Positions 40,301-51,478 of a stretch of 64,000 bases of DNA are shown piece by piece (position 1 is the stretch's first letter; each line of letters begins with the position of its first letter). Below the pieces are notes generated by a model. That model did not search any database. It saw only the letters and a list, made by a program, of their open reading frames with translations, and was not told where the DNA came from. Source of the DNA: Lytechinus pictus (taxonomy: Eukaryota). Both the position numbers and the translations under genes were made by a program. The DNA is taken from the NCBI RefSeq assembly GCF_037042905.1, contig NC_087262.1, forward strand, positions 17,610,001 to 17,674,000, in the 5' to 3' direction.

Positions 40301-43300
40301 TGACTGAAGTGCAATAAATATAAAGATCTAATCCTAATGAAAAACAGCACTTCATAACAAATGGTGCTCTTTTTTCTTATAATTCTAAAAGAGACAGCTC
40401 GAATACATAAAGTCTGACAAAATTGGATAACATCTCTTGATAGGAATCTCTTCTCTCTTTTCTATTTTATTCCTTCCTTGATATTGCAATGAATGACAAT
40501 TTACTAAAAGGGTGAAACTTTCAAAAGTTCTTGCCCTTGGCCTTCCTCATAAGCTAACTCATAATCTTAAAGATCTTTGCACAGCATCTGTTAAGTGCTA
40601 AAAGGTGTCTAGCCATACACCCAGGAATGGAGCAACAACCTTCTGCTCCCAAACATGCAAGATCTTTTCATGTTCAAAAGATTTTTTCGGTAGGAATCCT
40701 ACGCAAGCCTCAAGCTCCATCATAATCAGTGATTAGCCCTGCCAGACACTCCCTAATCAAGCTGGTTGCAAATTATTTTTTTTTCAGCACAAAGAGGAAA
40801 GGGACTTAACATTAGAGGACAGAGATCATATGGGCTTCATACAGCTGCACGAACTCTGTATTGATACACCTACTCAAAAGCACGGAATCAATGTAGATGC
40901 TCATATTTAAGACAATGATTTCAGCAATTTAAAATAAATACATGTTCACCAAAACAATACTATATACTTTCATTTTTTCTCTCAAATGATAACAAAATAA
41001 ATGTTGTGCAATGATAGTGTATTACTTTATGTGAATATTTCTTTGGAAATCAGGGGGGCTTAATTTACTCAGAAAGAATTGGTGAGAAAAGAGCTTTCAA
41101 ATAGCGATGTGATCATGCAGAGATTCAAAATATGAGAGAGGGGGATACTCATAAAAGAGCAAGCTAAATTTGACTGCTTTGATAAGAGAAGGGTGCAGGT
41201 GAAGAAATTGGAATGATGATCCGGCAAAAGAATTGCTTAATTGCAAAAAATAAAAATCTTGACGTCATGAAAAGGAGGCAAGCACATTTGAAAATAGATT
41301 TTGAAAAGCCTCTAAGAAAAGACTGAAGGTGATACGATGACAGATGTATGGTTTTAACAAAATTAAATGATTTTTTCTGACAATAAGAAAGAAGAGATGT
41401 ATCAACAGAATAATTTAATTTTTCTTCATAGTCAATTTCATTGTTTTCAGGACTTACAAAACAGGAAACAGTCAGATGATATGATTTTTAGAACACACAT
41501 ACAAAAAGGCAGTTTTACAAACTGTTTTGTCAAAGTAACTTCAATGAATAACAGCTAATTGAGACTATACTGCAGATCTCCTGTTACAGGCTTAATTTCA
41601 AATTTGATGCTTTCTTAATTATGCTGTTATGGTTATTAGGGGGGTTCCCTTTATACAACTGAGGGGGTAATCCCCTCTTGTAATGTATGTAGATTAAATG
41701 GGCTTGGTTCAATATTCAGCAAATACAAAAAACACATACCCTCACACACACATACATGTACACATGGCACATAACATAATACATACACCATAAACATTTA
41801 AATAGTTAAATTGAATTGTAAGTGCATAAAGACAGGGGCAAAATATTTTACTTTCATTTCATCACACGATAAGTTTAATTCCTTTTCTTTGTTTTAAATT
41901 GAGCTTTCTCATCTTTTTAATTTGCTTCATTATTCATCAATTGCAAGGATATTGATATAAAGGGGTGGAGTGATAACTTGTGCATTTAGAAATGAATATT
42001 ACATATAATACTTTAATCACTAATTGTAATATCTACAAGTATATATATATATATACATTTTTTAGTTAAAAGTGTAATATATACAGGTATATGATTAAAA
42101 GATAATAAAGAATAAATATTTGATATAATTTCAGAAAATGCAGAAACCTAATATTAAGATAATCTACAATTATGAATTGCATAATTGCATATGATATATA
42201 AAATGTATGTAACACATAAAATCAGTGAATAAGTTTATTGAGTTTATCTATTATGAATTTTATATCAGAATGCAATAAAATAAAATATGGATACAATAAC
42301 ATGAAATGTGCAGTAGTTTAGTCTATGTAATATTCCAGATCTACTCTCATATAATACTTTTACAAAATAAAAAAAACTATGTATACATCACTTTATAATC
42401 AAATATTAAAAAAGGTAGCTGCTGATTCTGAAAATTGAAGATTAATGAGTTAGTTCCAATCCATGTTTAATTGGAGAAAGCATGGAAGCAAATACCAATG
42501 AGTGTTATGAGCAAGTCATTTCATGAGCAATTAATAAAGCATTAAAACAACTTAGCAAGATTCGTGTGTCAAAAGTTGCTCTGGTTAAAACCAATGTTAG
42601 TAATGAGATGAGGGCCCGTGATTAATAAAGCTGGATAGAAACCAAGAAAGGTTCATTCCAAATCTTTCTGGGGGGGGGGGGGTTGAATTCTTTTCTTTCA
42701 ACCAGAACACTTTGTTGTTGTTGTTGTTATTGCATGCATAATCTCTTTGTTTTCTCTCTTGAAAACAAGGAAATAAAAAAAATATCCCTTAAAACCTCTA
42801 AGAATTTCACCAAGCTTTTAAAAGGAGAATGAAACCTTTGAAACTAATCAAATTATACATAATAGAAAATAAAATGTGACATTACAAGTCTTGGTTACAT
42901 GGTCAAAGAGAGGATCTCCATAGCATTAGCATTCTCTGCATTCAAATGCCCATAACCTTCTCATTGTTTGTTCCATTTCTATAAAAATTTTGTTGATCTA
43001 TTTGTTTGATTTCTTTGTTTTTATAATAGCTATCTTGTTCCAAAGGTTTTATTCTCCTTTAATTCTGAGCACCATTTTTCCTTAATAAGAGCCCTCATCC
43101 CAGTTTTGAATTTGAAAGATGCAGTTAAAGAATTGCAGGCTTCTGATTGGTTGCTTACCTCTGTTGCAAGGTTCTGATTGGCTCCATTAGCCAGGAGGAA
43201 TTTGACGACTTTAACATGGTTCTCCTGGGCGGCCATATACAGAGGGGTGAAGCCATTCTGAAAATTAAAATTTGACAAATAAAACATTATCCTGAATATA

Positions 43301-46300
43301 AGTCAGTTTTCATAATATCCTAAAACATGGAAAGGGAAATTGTAATACGAATTTTCACTTTCATGTTATTACTTATTCCATATTCATAGGCTTTGCAAGT
43401 ATGAAATACAAAGACCGTTATGGACTTTCATAAATCATCTTCCAAAATGGCATATCAGGGTTTAGAATTTCCCATTTGGGTGTTGGGTGTTTTGGGATAC
43501 CTCTCAGTCTGAATGCATGTCTCAAAGAGAGTGTATCTTGTTTCTCATCTCGATCTCAGATGCTGTCTTAGCATCGATCTTTGTCTCAAAGGGACATGTC
43601 TCTTGTCTCTAGTGGGAGGCCGAGACATTGGCAAGACACTGAAATCACATTGTTTTTACTTTGATCGGTCAGTTTTGGATGCCTTGAGGTCCAAGACAGT
43701 GATTGTGTGTCTTGTTTCTCAATTCAGTCTCACACTCATGTCTTGGTCTAACTCTTTGTCTCAGAGGGACATGTCTCTTGTCACTAGTAGGAGGCTGAGA
43801 TATTGGCAAGACACTGTTTGATGAGTTAATCAAATTGCTTTACTTTGATCGGTCAGTTTTGGATGCCTGAAGTTCTGAGACAGTGATTTTAGCATCTTGT
43901 GTCTCAATTCAGTCTCACACTCTTATGTCTTGGTCTAACTCTTTGTCTCAGAGGGACATGTCTCTTGTCTCTTGTGGGAGGCTGAGATATTGGCAAGACA
44001 CTGTTTGATGAGTTAATCACGTTGCTTTACTCTGATCGGTCAGTTTTGGATGCCTGAAGTTCTGAGACAGTGATTGTGTGTCTTGTTTCTCAATTCAGTC
44101 TCACACTCATGTCTTGGTCTAACTCTTTGTCTCAAAGGGAAATGTCTCTTGTCTCTTGTGGGAGGCTGAGATATTGGCAAGACACTGTTTGATGAGTTAA
44201 TCAAACTGCTTTACTTTGATCGGTCAGTTTTTTATGCCTTAAGTTCTGAGACAGTGATTTTAGCATCTTGTGTTTCAATTCAGTCTCACACTCTTATGTC
44301 TTGGTCTAACTCTTTGTCTCAGAGGGACATGTCTCTTGTCTCTTGTGGGAGGCTGAGATATTGACAAGACACTGTTTGATGAGTTAATCACGTTGCTTTA
44401 GCTTGATCTGTCAGTTTTGGATGCCTGAAGTTCTGAGACAGTGATTGTGTGTCTTGTTTCTCAATTCAGTCTCACACTCATGTCTTGGTCTAACTCTTTG
44501 TCTCAGAGGGAAATTTTTCTTGTCTCTAGTGGGTGGCTGAGACATTGGCAAGACACTGTTTGATGAGTTAATCACATTGCTTTACTTTGATCGGTCAGTT
44601 TTGGATGCCTTAAGTTCTGAGACAGTGATTGTGTGTCTTGTTTCTCAGTTCAGTCTCACACTCATGTCTTGGTCTAACTCTTTGTCTCAAGGGGAAATGT
44701 CTCTTGTCTATAGTAGGAGACCGAGACACTAAAAAGGAGCTCAATAATGATGAGTTGATCACATTGCTTTACTTTGATCTGTCAGTTTGGGATGCCTTGA
44801 GACGTGTCTTGACAATCATTGTGTTTCTAGGGGTATCATCTTGCTCTCAGTTGTTTCTTGACACAAGACAGTGTCTCACTCTCATTCCCTGTCTTGGGGT
44901 TCATTGTCTAAGTCTTGGACTCACCCATCGTCCAAATCAAACAATACTCTCAGAAAGAAAAATATTATTAAAGTTGGCTAATATAATTATGAACCTAATA
45001 ACTATTGGTTGAAAGAAAATTGCATGCAAAACGTTGGAGATTTTCCCTCACAAACAGTTCTTCATATGTTATCAAACCTGGTACATGTAGGTTGGTTAAA
45101 CATTTCTGAGAGTGAAGTATAATGAGGCAAATCACCAAGAATTCATTTAAACCCGATGGATCGTGGCAAATCATGAGGATCAATTTCTGTTCGAAGGTAA
45201 CTAAAGCTTGGCTGGGAGTTGAATCTTCAACCCTTGTATGAAGTTTAAATGTGTATAAAGTCACTAAAGCATAACAAAAATCTTCACAAAGGTGTTCATC
45301 TACATGTACGTTGACTTGAATCCCTTTCTTCTTAAATCGTAATAATATGCAACACTTAGATTCACTTGTATAAAGCATTATATAAATATTGCATAATATT
45401 AATATCATTATCATAGTTGTTATCATCATCATTACCATACAATGAAAATACATGAATAATATAAACACTTAAATTGGTCGACAGAGGTGCATCAACTGAC
45501 TTTGTTCAAACTTTCATCCAACATCGTTCAGCACAGCTGGTAAATAAAAACATAGACTGATATTTGATTCCCAATAGGGATAATGTCGATCTAATCGTGT
45601 CCTACATGCATGCCTTGAGTGGGTATCCTTTTGCAGCAGAAATTGATCTGTTTGTAATCTGATATTTGTTACCTTGTGTGTACATATTTTGTCCTCATTA
45701 ACATAAACAAATAATTACAATGATTTAAGACTCTTTATTTTAAATCAATCCTAATTCCAACCAAGGAAGATAATATTCTATGATTTTGATAATGAATTCT
45801 TTGGTATTTTGTTTTCAGTGCATTGAAGTAATCATTTCACTTAATCTGGCGTATGCAAGGAGAAATTTAACATTCTAAATGTGGTTCGTGCTCGAATCAT
45901 TCAATTTATTTTCCAATTTATTTTTTTAAACACTACTCCCCTTTTCTTATAGCCTGATGTAACTAGATTGAAGGTATTTCATTTATTTTACAAAGATGTT
46001 GGAAAAAAATAATAAAATAAATATCTGGAATATACTGGTGTTACTGGATATACTGAAATTTTATAATGAAGCGACCATTACACAAATTAACTAAATCGTT
46101 TAAACACCAAAAGCTAGTGTATGGGTGCGCTGCAAGCAAGCTTATAACTAATGTGTATAATTCATAAACAGCTTTATTACTGACATGACTACAAATATTC
46201 CACTTTTATCACAAGTTCACTAGAATCACAAGTTTTTACAATTACCAAGATCTATAAATGTTGCAAAAATAACTTTATATTTAAATTCTTTCAAAATTGA

Positions 46301-49300
46301 TTTGATACATAATAATTCCATGTTATATGATGAATTTTACTATTTACAATAGTTTGTTTCATTTCTGATTTTTATTTCTTTTTACTTCAAAGATTTTCAA
46401 ACCATGTTTTTTTTCTTTTCATTAGAAGTACCATGAAGAATATTAAGAGAATGGTAAAATGTAAATGTCCAATTCCTAAAAAAGTGAGACTTCTATCAAA
46501 TTGTTCATTTTAAGACACTTCTTTGAAATATTTTTCGTAAGTATGCAAACTGATGATTCGGGACAATGTCTAAGTGTTAATGAAGATTTAAAATTTCATA
46601 ATTCACAATGAGTGTTGTGTCAACTCAAGGCATTTTATTCTTCTTTCTTTTTTTTTGTAAATAAGAACACAGATGATTCAGGAACATGTCAGTGCTTAGT
46701 GTGTAATAGCTTGATGATAGTAGATTAATTAGTAGATTGAGTTTGTTGGCGCACTAAGCTTTCGGACATTTTTTTCCCTAATAATAATATCCCATGTTTG
46801 TTTCTGTGCTGGATGAAAGTGCAAGTAGCTGTCACGATGACAAAAGTCGTTGACGACACCTCTCTCACCAGTTTCTTTACCTGCGACTGGACATTCACGT
46901 TGGCGTTGAACTCAACCAGGACGCGGACGATGTCCTCCTGTCCGGCGAGAGAAGCGATGTGGAGGGCGGTGTTTCCTTTCTGTACGGTAAGAAAATATGA
47001 AGGTTTAAACTTGAACTGCTGTCAATGCGGAATATATTGCAGTCACGTTTATTCTCGCCAATTTACAAGCAAAAACATAGTGATTACAATTTCACTTCTC
47101 TATAATGGGTGGGTAAAACAGCACAATATGTGGAAAAATAGCTTCATGTAAAATCAAAACCAGAATTGTGAATGTAACAGATGAAGATGATAGAAAAATA
47201 AATCATGCAAATTTGGATCCCACATAATATTGAAATAAAGTTGTAAGGAATCGTAATCGTTTGACAATTAGGAGAAGCCCGACTACATAGCTTTTTTTTT
47301 TAAATCTAAAGTCTAATATGATTTATCAGCTCGACAATAATATAACAACTTTCTTTGAAATGAATGAAAACATCCCTCTATACTGCTACACCTACATGTA
47401 CAGGTACACCAGGCAATATGGAGTGATAATGAAAACACATTCATTTGGAATTGAAAAGCTGTGTGGTAATTTATCAGGAAGAAAAGTTTATTCCTTCAAA
47501 CAAAAAAATTTTTTTTTTAATGTTTCTGTGTGGCATTACAATGTTTCAGAATACTTGAAAGACTATTTCTTTGGTAAAAGTATTTTTAAATATTTTTTAC
47601 TGCATTTTAATGTAACCATGATTTTAAATGACTATCCTACATGTTTTATAGGATACAACCAATTGAATCTCTTATTTAACGTTGAATTCTTATTATGGCA
47701 GATGAAAAGACTTGTAATATTTAGGACTAAGATGGATATATTTATTACAACTTTCAAACACGGCATGCATAGGCCTATTCTTCTAATAAATCAGATAATA
47801 TGGAGGCGTTTGAGATAAATGAAATGTATGATTTATGGGTATGATAGATTTAATCTGATAATGCAAATGAAGAGTGGAAATAGTACTTACAACATGCATT
47901 TATAGGTTTCTTTTAAATCAATGACAAACACATGATGGTGGGGGGAATTGAATGGGAGCTCAGGGCGATTTCACCCTGTAACGCTCAAAAAGTCCTTAAA
48001 AACTCTGGGAGAAGCCCTCAGCTAATGTTGCTTACTTAGGCAAAAAGTTGTGGGGAAAAAAATGGGGGGGGGGGCTTACATGATACTTTCCTATAAATTA
48101 AAAAAAAATCATATTTATAATGTAGAAATATCAATGGGTACAAAATAGTGATGTATACTGAATTGATATTTTCTTTTTTGTCGGATAAAAATATGATTGA
48201 AGCTATGACAGTATGAGAGAAATGCAAATAACCTTCTCTGTTAAATGTGAAAAAAATCCTTTCAAGTGAGAGTCAAACAATACAAAATATTTGAAAGATA
48301 TTATTACAAGGTTACACTGTAAAATTTATTAAAATACTCTGTACAAACTGCAGTGAAAAAGAAAACAAAACTACTAGGGGTTGTAAGAGGATTGTAGTTG
48401 AAGTTTGTATATAACACCCAAAGTGTCAATGCAGCACCAATGAGTGTTGAAAACAACACCATGAACTTTAACACTGGTGTAAATGTATGGTACAGTCCTC
48501 TCACAACACTGGCTGTGAAGTTTTTGCACCAAATAGATTATATATATGTAAAAAAAAAATTGTTTAAAGAAGAAGGGAAGGGTATTATGAAAAACAAAAT
48601 TGTAGAGCAAAGAGAAAGAAGATGGGGTTTAAAATGGAAAAAACAATCTTGTGGGCTTTTTATGGAAAAGAAAAAAAACTGAGGCAATGGATTTTATCTG
48701 TATTACTGAGCAAATACAAGATTAAAAATGATTTCATCATTTGATCAATGATTTCTAAAGTACCCAAACTTGTTTTGTTTTTTAATAATGCTTTTAATAA
48801 TATCTTAAAATTTTGAATATGATGGCAAGCAAAATGGTTTGTTTCTTGAAAAAAAAAGTATATTTCATGTTATTCAAAGTAGCACAAGTCTTTTCTCATA
48901 CTTCTGTGATGACTAGCAAATGATTTTTATTTTCATGATTTGTTCTCTTGCTCAAATGGGCAGCCAAATTTTCAAAAGTATTCTAAATTGGTACAAATCT
49001 TTTTACTTTGAGTTTCACTGGTTGTTCTTTCGAAGGTATCTGAACCGTCGCTACGAGGTTCTATCAAAAGGAAAAATTGAAATATTTCATAATATATTAT
49101 AATAATCAAACTTGAGGAACATATCAATCAATTTATACTTATTAATAACTTGGGGATCAGAAAAACTCCCACATTTAGATAAAAGGGTAATCATGCAGGT
49201 TCTGCTGGTAGAATGGTTTAAAACCTGCAGTGACTAACCTTGCAAGTTGGTGTTCTTACTATTGTCATTTTATTATTTGATACTGCTTAAACATATCATT

Positions 49301-51478
49301 TCCAGAAAATGAAAATAGACCTTCCAAAACATACTGATATAAAATTCAAAACATCTCCAAATTATATATTATTGCAAGTCTCCACTATAAAAAAAAATGG
49401 CAATTCCCACATGCATCTTTCCTTGCAATATCATAATTAAATTTAGAGAATATATTTCACATAGGATTTGTTACTAATTTCATGTGAAGCATACAAATCT
49501 AAACTTGCCTGGAATAAAATTTTGACAAGCGACAAAAATAGAACAAGCGCACACCTCCCGTCACTTCCTGCACCCTAAAATAGCCTCATAAATCAATTCC
49601 TTGCAATCTCTAAATCCCTAGACAAATCCTTAGATTGGCAACCCCCAACGAAGCATCACCTACGAGTTGTAATACTAATTTCCCTTCAGCATGCAACATG
49701 ATTTCACAAATACAAATTGTGATGTAAACAAATATGCATATATCTATATTTTCCTTTGCAAATGGCTAAAGGTGGATAGAAGGGTATTGAAAAAGAAAAG
49801 GTCCCCAGATATTTTGTATTTTTTCTCTCTAATAAGACTTCAAGTTAAAATCACCACGAAATTACACAAATCACAATTTCATACCTATATGTGAGCATAA
49901 TTAATTGGGATGTGTTGTATCGTTTACCTTCATCGCTGAAATAATTAGATGTTGAACATTTGAATGTCCATAATATTCTCAGAAAACTGACAAATACATT
50001 GCACAACCTATACTCTTGAAAGAGAAAGATTAACAAAGTAGCATAAATTTTTTTTTTTTTTTATTTGTTTCAAATTAAAACATTGAACAATAACATGGTT
50101 TCTGGTAGATTAAATAGAACGAACTCTGTAACGAACGTCAGTACGATACAATCATGGCGATGAAGATCTGTTCAGCATAAGTTGAAAGTCTGTTTCCTGA
50201 CCTAGAATTCAACCCTTGTTATCTTGGCCTGGACCAGACCAATATCTACCCCCCCCCCCCTCCTGCTATGCCCTCCCTTTCATTGACATCTTAGAATTAT
50301 CATGTGATTCTGGCTAAGGCAACTAATCGTTTCCTTTCTCGGTTGGAGAGTGACAATCACGCACCTCTGACAACAGGCGAGTTTGGAGTTCACCCCTTCC
50401 TGTGCCTCTTACTTTAAGGCCAAGATGAAATGAATATTTGAAATTGGTTTATAAAACATCTTTGTTCAACTAATTCTCATCAACAGATTCTGAGATTTTT
50501 ATGAACCCTCCCTCCCCTCCCCCATCTCTTAATAAATGTCCAAAGGGGACTGGGCTTCAAAAACGGGTCTTGCAAATGTATCTTATCTGAAGCTTGAATA
50601 CTTAGAAAAGTCATAATTTGTGTGTTACCACTTCTGTTAAATTAATGTCCAGATTGTAGAACTTACTTCGCATTCTATCATGTCACGTTTATTTTTTTTT
50701 CTCAGATTTATCAGACTATATTCTGACTTTGTATAGAAGAAATCAAGAAAAGATATTCTAGACAATTCCATTTTGTGTATTTCAGGACACCCTTATAAAA
50801 AAGTGTCAAACTCCATGAACACAAAATCTCAATTGCAATCTTGTCTGAAATATTCCCTTTGAAAACATATCATTTCTAAAGTTCTTGTATTAATGAAATA
50901 ACTTCCATTTCCCATTTTGACATGTCGTGTAAAATATTTTCATCATTCACTACCAGAATGGTGATTGCAATTTTAAGAGGGGAATTTATATTTTCAGCTG
51001 ATTTGGAATTCAAAAGAATATTATGAGAGCCTTGCATCCTGTGGAAGTATCAACCATGGGTAAATTATGAATATGAACATGCTATTTCTAATACCCTGAT
51101 CCTAGCTCAGCCATCAACATGGACGATGTTTCGAACATGATTAATTCCAGAGTATGAACATATTCTTTTCCAAGAGAATGCTAAAATAACATTTTCTGCT
51201 ACTTCCGATACAGTTATATGAAAACACAAACCAAGTGTCTGCAATATGGGATACTATCATTTCCATCTTGGGGGAGTATGGTTCTAATTCTCTCTGAAAT
51301 ACACTAAAATAATCCTGTTAGAATGAAATTATTAATGAATGTGAACAAGCTCTTAGTTCTCAATTACAAGTTACATTACCTTAGTGGCTGCGTCCACATC
51401 TGCGCCTCTCTTGAGCAGTTCTGTGACAATGTTCAGGTGCCCCTCTTTGGAACTGAGATGAAGAGCGTTCAGGCCATT
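43..51478 (-). CDS. ANK2: Ankyrin (ankyrin-2-like; co-ortholog of ANK1/2/3), multi-exon, partial: ANK repeats 2-24, linker, ZU5-ZU5-UPA
   Basis: 30 exons bounded by AG/GT with matching phases. Peptides match canonical ankyrin motifs: [71 protein letters not shown]. The gene continues beyond the left edge. Confidence 0.97.
827..1078 (-). CDS. ANK2: Ankyrin UPA exon
   Basis: 252 nt, [18 protein letters not shown]...[12 protein letters not shown]...[12 protein letters not shown]. Confidence 0.95.
1186..1458. mobile_element. MITE with TTAA flanks (Kolobok- or piggyBac-type target)
   Basis: TIR GGCTTGGTCCCACTG...CAGTGGGACCAAGCC, TTAA on both sides; second copy at 62265-62529. Confidence 0.85.
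1909..2137 (-). CDS. ANK2: Ankyrin ZU5-C/UPA exon
   Basis: 229 nt, FWLMDC...[12 protein letters not shown]...EVARSKFVE. Confidence 0.95.
2520..2700 (-). mobile_element. tRNA-derived SINE fragment
   Basis: Shares ggaattccttcctacc..tacccattt...aagagtggcaaat core with 3384-3572 and 25236-25495; B-box-like remnant. Confidence 0.7.
2710..2978. mobile_element. MITE with CWG flanks (Harbinger-like)
   Basis: Inverted termini tcttacaaagagttgcgattgatccgatcaa / ttgatcggatcagtcgtaactctttgtaaga. Confidence 0.8.
2982..3126. mobile_element. MITE with CAG target duplication (Harbinger-like)
   Basis: TIR GGGCCCGTTGCAGAAAGAGTTG / CAACTCTTTCTGCAACGGGCTC; degenerate copy near 17090-17225. Confidence 0.8.
3161..3257 (-). 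CDS. ANK2: Ankyrin ZU5-C exon
   Basis: 97 nt, [31 protein letters not shown](R). Confidence 0.95.
3384..3572 (-). mobile_element. SINE 3' fragment with (TAT)n tail
   Basis: gggtacccatttactacacctgggtg core plus taataataataat tail. Confidence 0.7.
3761..3965 (-). CDS. ANK2: Ankyrin ZU5-C exon
   Basis: 205 nt, AQPVG...[18 protein letters not shown]...LRLLCSIT(G). Confidence 0.95.
4244..4385. repeat. (CAT/CAC)n microsatellite
   Basis: Directly visible. Confidence 0.95.
4540..4781. mobile_element. MITE-like element with CACTG termini
   Basis: 16-bp perfect inverted repeat CACTGGGTGATTTCAA/TTGAAATCACCCAGTG; no clear target duplication. Confidence 0.6.
4879..5090 (-). CDS. ANK2: Ankyrin ZU5-N/ZU5-C exon
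   Basis: 212 nt, ...[23 protein letters not shown]...KIKVGLQ. Confidence 0.95.
5563..5720 (-). CDS. ANK2: Ankyrin ZU5-N exon
   Basis: 158 nt, [33 protein letters not shown]...YDVE. Confidence 0.95.
8257..8358 (-). CDS. ANK2: Alternative ZU5-N cassette exon (duplicated segment)
   Basis: 102 nt, phase 2/2, CAG|...[41 protein letters not shown](R), paralogous to the end of the preceding exon. Confidence 0.8.
10070..10294 (-). CDS. ANK2: Ankyrin ZU5-N exon
   Basis: 225 nt, phase 2/2, [18 protein letters not shown]...[24 protein letters not shown](G); DAR spectrin-binding motif. Confidence 0.95.
10848..11065 (-). CDS. ANK2: Ankyrin linker exon preceding ZU5
   Basis: 218 nt, phase 0 to 2, [10 protein letters not shown]...INQMPFFA(G). 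Confidence 0.85.
11607..11801 (-). CDS. ANK2: Ankyrin linker exon
   Basis: 195 nt, phase 0/0, [14 protein letters not shown]...EMITATTQ. Confidence 0.85.
12353..12480 (-). CDS. ANK2: Ankyrin linker exon
   Basis: 128 nt, phase 1 to 0, (G)[42 protein letters not shown]. Confidence 0.85.
12685..13230. mobile_element. Kolobok-like MITE (TTAA-AGG terminus, long subterminal inverted repeats)
   Basis: gtaaaattcacagag..tgctgaaaatttgatcaaaatc mirrored near 13160-13205; related to 28425-29014. Confidence 0.7.
15541..15546 (-). CDS. Candidate 6-nt microexon
   Basis: TACTAAC branch point (15615-15621), T-rich tract, TGC motif, TAG|TTGGAT|GTAAGT. Confidence 0.5.
17339..17347 (-). CDS. Candidate 9-nt microexon (adds EST)
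   Basis: tgtgccatctccacacttctctcctgtgtaTAG|AAAGTACCG|GTAGGT; frame-preserving in phase 1. Confidence 0.45.
19098..19480. repeat. Purine-rich (GA/GGGGTAAGG) low-complexity tract with internal duplication
   Basis: Directly visible, adjacent to the donor at 19505. Confidence 0.85.
19506..19581 (-). CDS. ANK2: Ankyrin linker exon
   Basis: 76 nt, phase 0 to 1, [25 protein letters not shown](G); conserved VPETM motif. Confidence 0.92.
19981..20079 (-). CDS. ANK2: Ankyrin exon, ANK repeat 24
   Basis: 99 nt, [33 protein letters not shown]. Confidence 0.93.
20521..20945. repeat. Tandem repeat (112-bp period) derived from the exon 3' end and donor
   Basis: ctcacattagctgtttcattagg at 20656, 20768 and 20880; degenerate copy at 20525. 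Confidence 0.9.
20885..20983 (-). CDS. ANK2: Ankyrin exon, ANK repeat 23
   Basis: 99 nt, [33 protein letters not shown]. Confidence 0.95.
21695..22433. mobile_element. Non-autonomous DNA transposon with AATT flanks
   Basis: Perfect TIR CTCGCTACCCCAAATAG/CTATTTGGGGTAGCGAG, AATT on both sides, CpG-rich interior. Confidence 0.85.
22544..22741 (-). CDS. ANK2: Ankyrin exon, ANK repeats 21-22
   Basis: 198 nt, [14 protein letters not shown]...[14 protein letters not shown]...QAKTK. Confidence 0.95.
23095..23525. repeat. Tandem repeat, 95-bp unit, about 4.5 copies, containing copies of a splice donor
   Basis: acataccttgg at 23171, 23266, 23361 and 23456. Confidence 0.92.
23528..23682. mobile_element. 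MITE with CWG flanks (Harbinger-like)
   Basis: TIR gggcctgtttcataaaggacttacaactgttgta / tacaacagttgtaagtccttaatgaaacgggccc. Confidence 0.85.
23714..23911 (-). CDS. ANK2: Ankyrin exon, ANK repeats 19-20
   Basis: 198 nt, [47 protein letters not shown]...PNIMSK. Confidence 0.95.
24677..24775 (-). CDS. ANK2: Ankyrin exon, ANK repeat 18
   Basis: 99 nt, [33 protein letters not shown]. Confidence 0.95.
25091..25189 (-). CDS. ANK2: Ankyrin exon, ANK repeat 17
   Basis: 99 nt, [33 protein letters not shown]. Confidence 0.95.
25236..25495 (+). mobile_element. tRNA-derived SINE
   Basis: A box TGGTCTAGTGG, B box GGTTTGATTCC, core CCCAGGTGAGGTAAATGGGTACC, AT-rich tail. Confidence 0.8.
25746..26152 (+). 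mobile_element. 5'-truncated LINE (CR1/L2 group) 3' end
   Basis: RNLRSS...[21 protein letters not shown]...[10 protein letters not shown] matches the ORF2 C-terminus; (TAT)n tail. Confidence 0.85.
26351..26647 (-). CDS. ANK2: Ankyrin exon, ANK repeats 14-16
   Basis: 297 nt, [14 protein letters not shown]...[14 protein letters not shown]...[14 protein letters not shown]...SMTTK. Confidence 0.95.
27086..27184 (-). CDS. ANK2: Ankyrin exon, ANK repeat 13
   Basis: 99 nt, [33 protein letters not shown]. Confidence 0.95.
28425..29014. mobile_element. Kolobok-like MITE
   Basis: Long inverted repeats catcaaaattggatgtaaaataagaaagttatgaca / tgtcataactttcttattttacatccgattttgatg; ends CCT-TTAA. Confidence 0.75.
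29042..29140 (-). CDS. ANK2: Ankyrin exon, ANK repeat 12
   Basis: 99 nt, [33 protein letters not shown]. Confidence 0.95.
29586..29684 (-). CDS. ANK2: Ankyrin exon, ANK repeat 11
   Basis: 99 nt, [33 protein letters not shown]. Confidence 0.95.
30494..30592 (-). CDS. ANK2: Ankyrin exon, ANK repeat 10
   Basis: 99 nt, [33 protein letters not shown]. Confidence 0.95.
31449..31547 (-). CDS. ANK2: Ankyrin exon, ANK repeat 9
   Basis: 99 nt, [33 protein letters not shown]. Confidence 0.95.
32012..32110 (-). CDS. ANK2: Ankyrin exon, ANK repeat 8
   Basis: 99 nt, [33 protein letters not shown]. Confidence 0.95.
32175..32470. repeat. (GGT/GAT)n microsatellite
   Basis: Directly visible. Confidence 0.95.
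32738..32836 (-). CDS. ANK2: Ankyrin exon, ANK repeat 7
   Basis: 99 nt, [33 protein letters not shown]. Confidence 0.95.
33350..33740 (-). mobile_element. tRNA-derived SINE, DeuSINE-like
   Basis: Minus strand A box TGGCTCAGTCGG, B box GGTTTGAGTCC, then GCACGTTAAGAACCC...AAGAGTAGGGG resembling the Deu domain. Confidence 0.75.
33837..34022 (-). CDS. ANK2: Ankyrin exon, ANK repeats 5-6
   Basis: 186 nt, [62 protein letters not shown]. Confidence 0.95.
34875..35163. mobile_element. MITE
   Basis: TIR GGCGTGTTTCTACAGAGAAT / ATTCTCTGTATAAACACGCC. Confidence 0.75.
38075..38095 (-). CDS. Candidate alternative terminal exon (ERIHVV-stop) after the repeat-5 duplicate
   Basis: Strong pyrimidine tract tttgtttatttctttattttctcctcacattttctctctatcAAG| followed by GAG AGG ATT CAT GTA GTT TGA in phase 0. 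Confidence 0.4.
   Translation of the reverse strand, partial: ERIHVV
38307..38408 (-). CDS. ANK2: Candidate alternative exon: diverged duplicate of ANK repeat 5
   Basis: 102 nt, phase 0/0, TAG|GAC...[43 protein letters not shown] versus canonical [25 protein letters not shown]. Confidence 0.75.
43159..43257 (-). CDS. ANK2: Ankyrin exon, ANK repeat 4
   Basis: 99 nt, [33 protein letters not shown]. Confidence 0.95.
43520..44820. repeat. Satellite, about 185-bp unit, about 7 copies
   Basis: acactg anchor at 43636, 43811, 43998, 44182, 44369 and 44553. Confidence 0.92.
46881..46979 (-). CDS. ANK2: Ankyrin exon, ANK repeat 3
   Basis: 99 nt, [33 protein letters not shown]. Confidence 0.95.
51380..51478 (-). 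CDS. ANK2: Ankyrin exon, ANK repeat 2
   Basis: 99 nt, [37 protein letters not shown] flanks. Confidence 0.95.

Noticed and set aside
44995..47818. 157-aa and 166-aa AT-rich ORFs
   Set aside because: No domain similarity or exon-like composition; likely chance intronic frames
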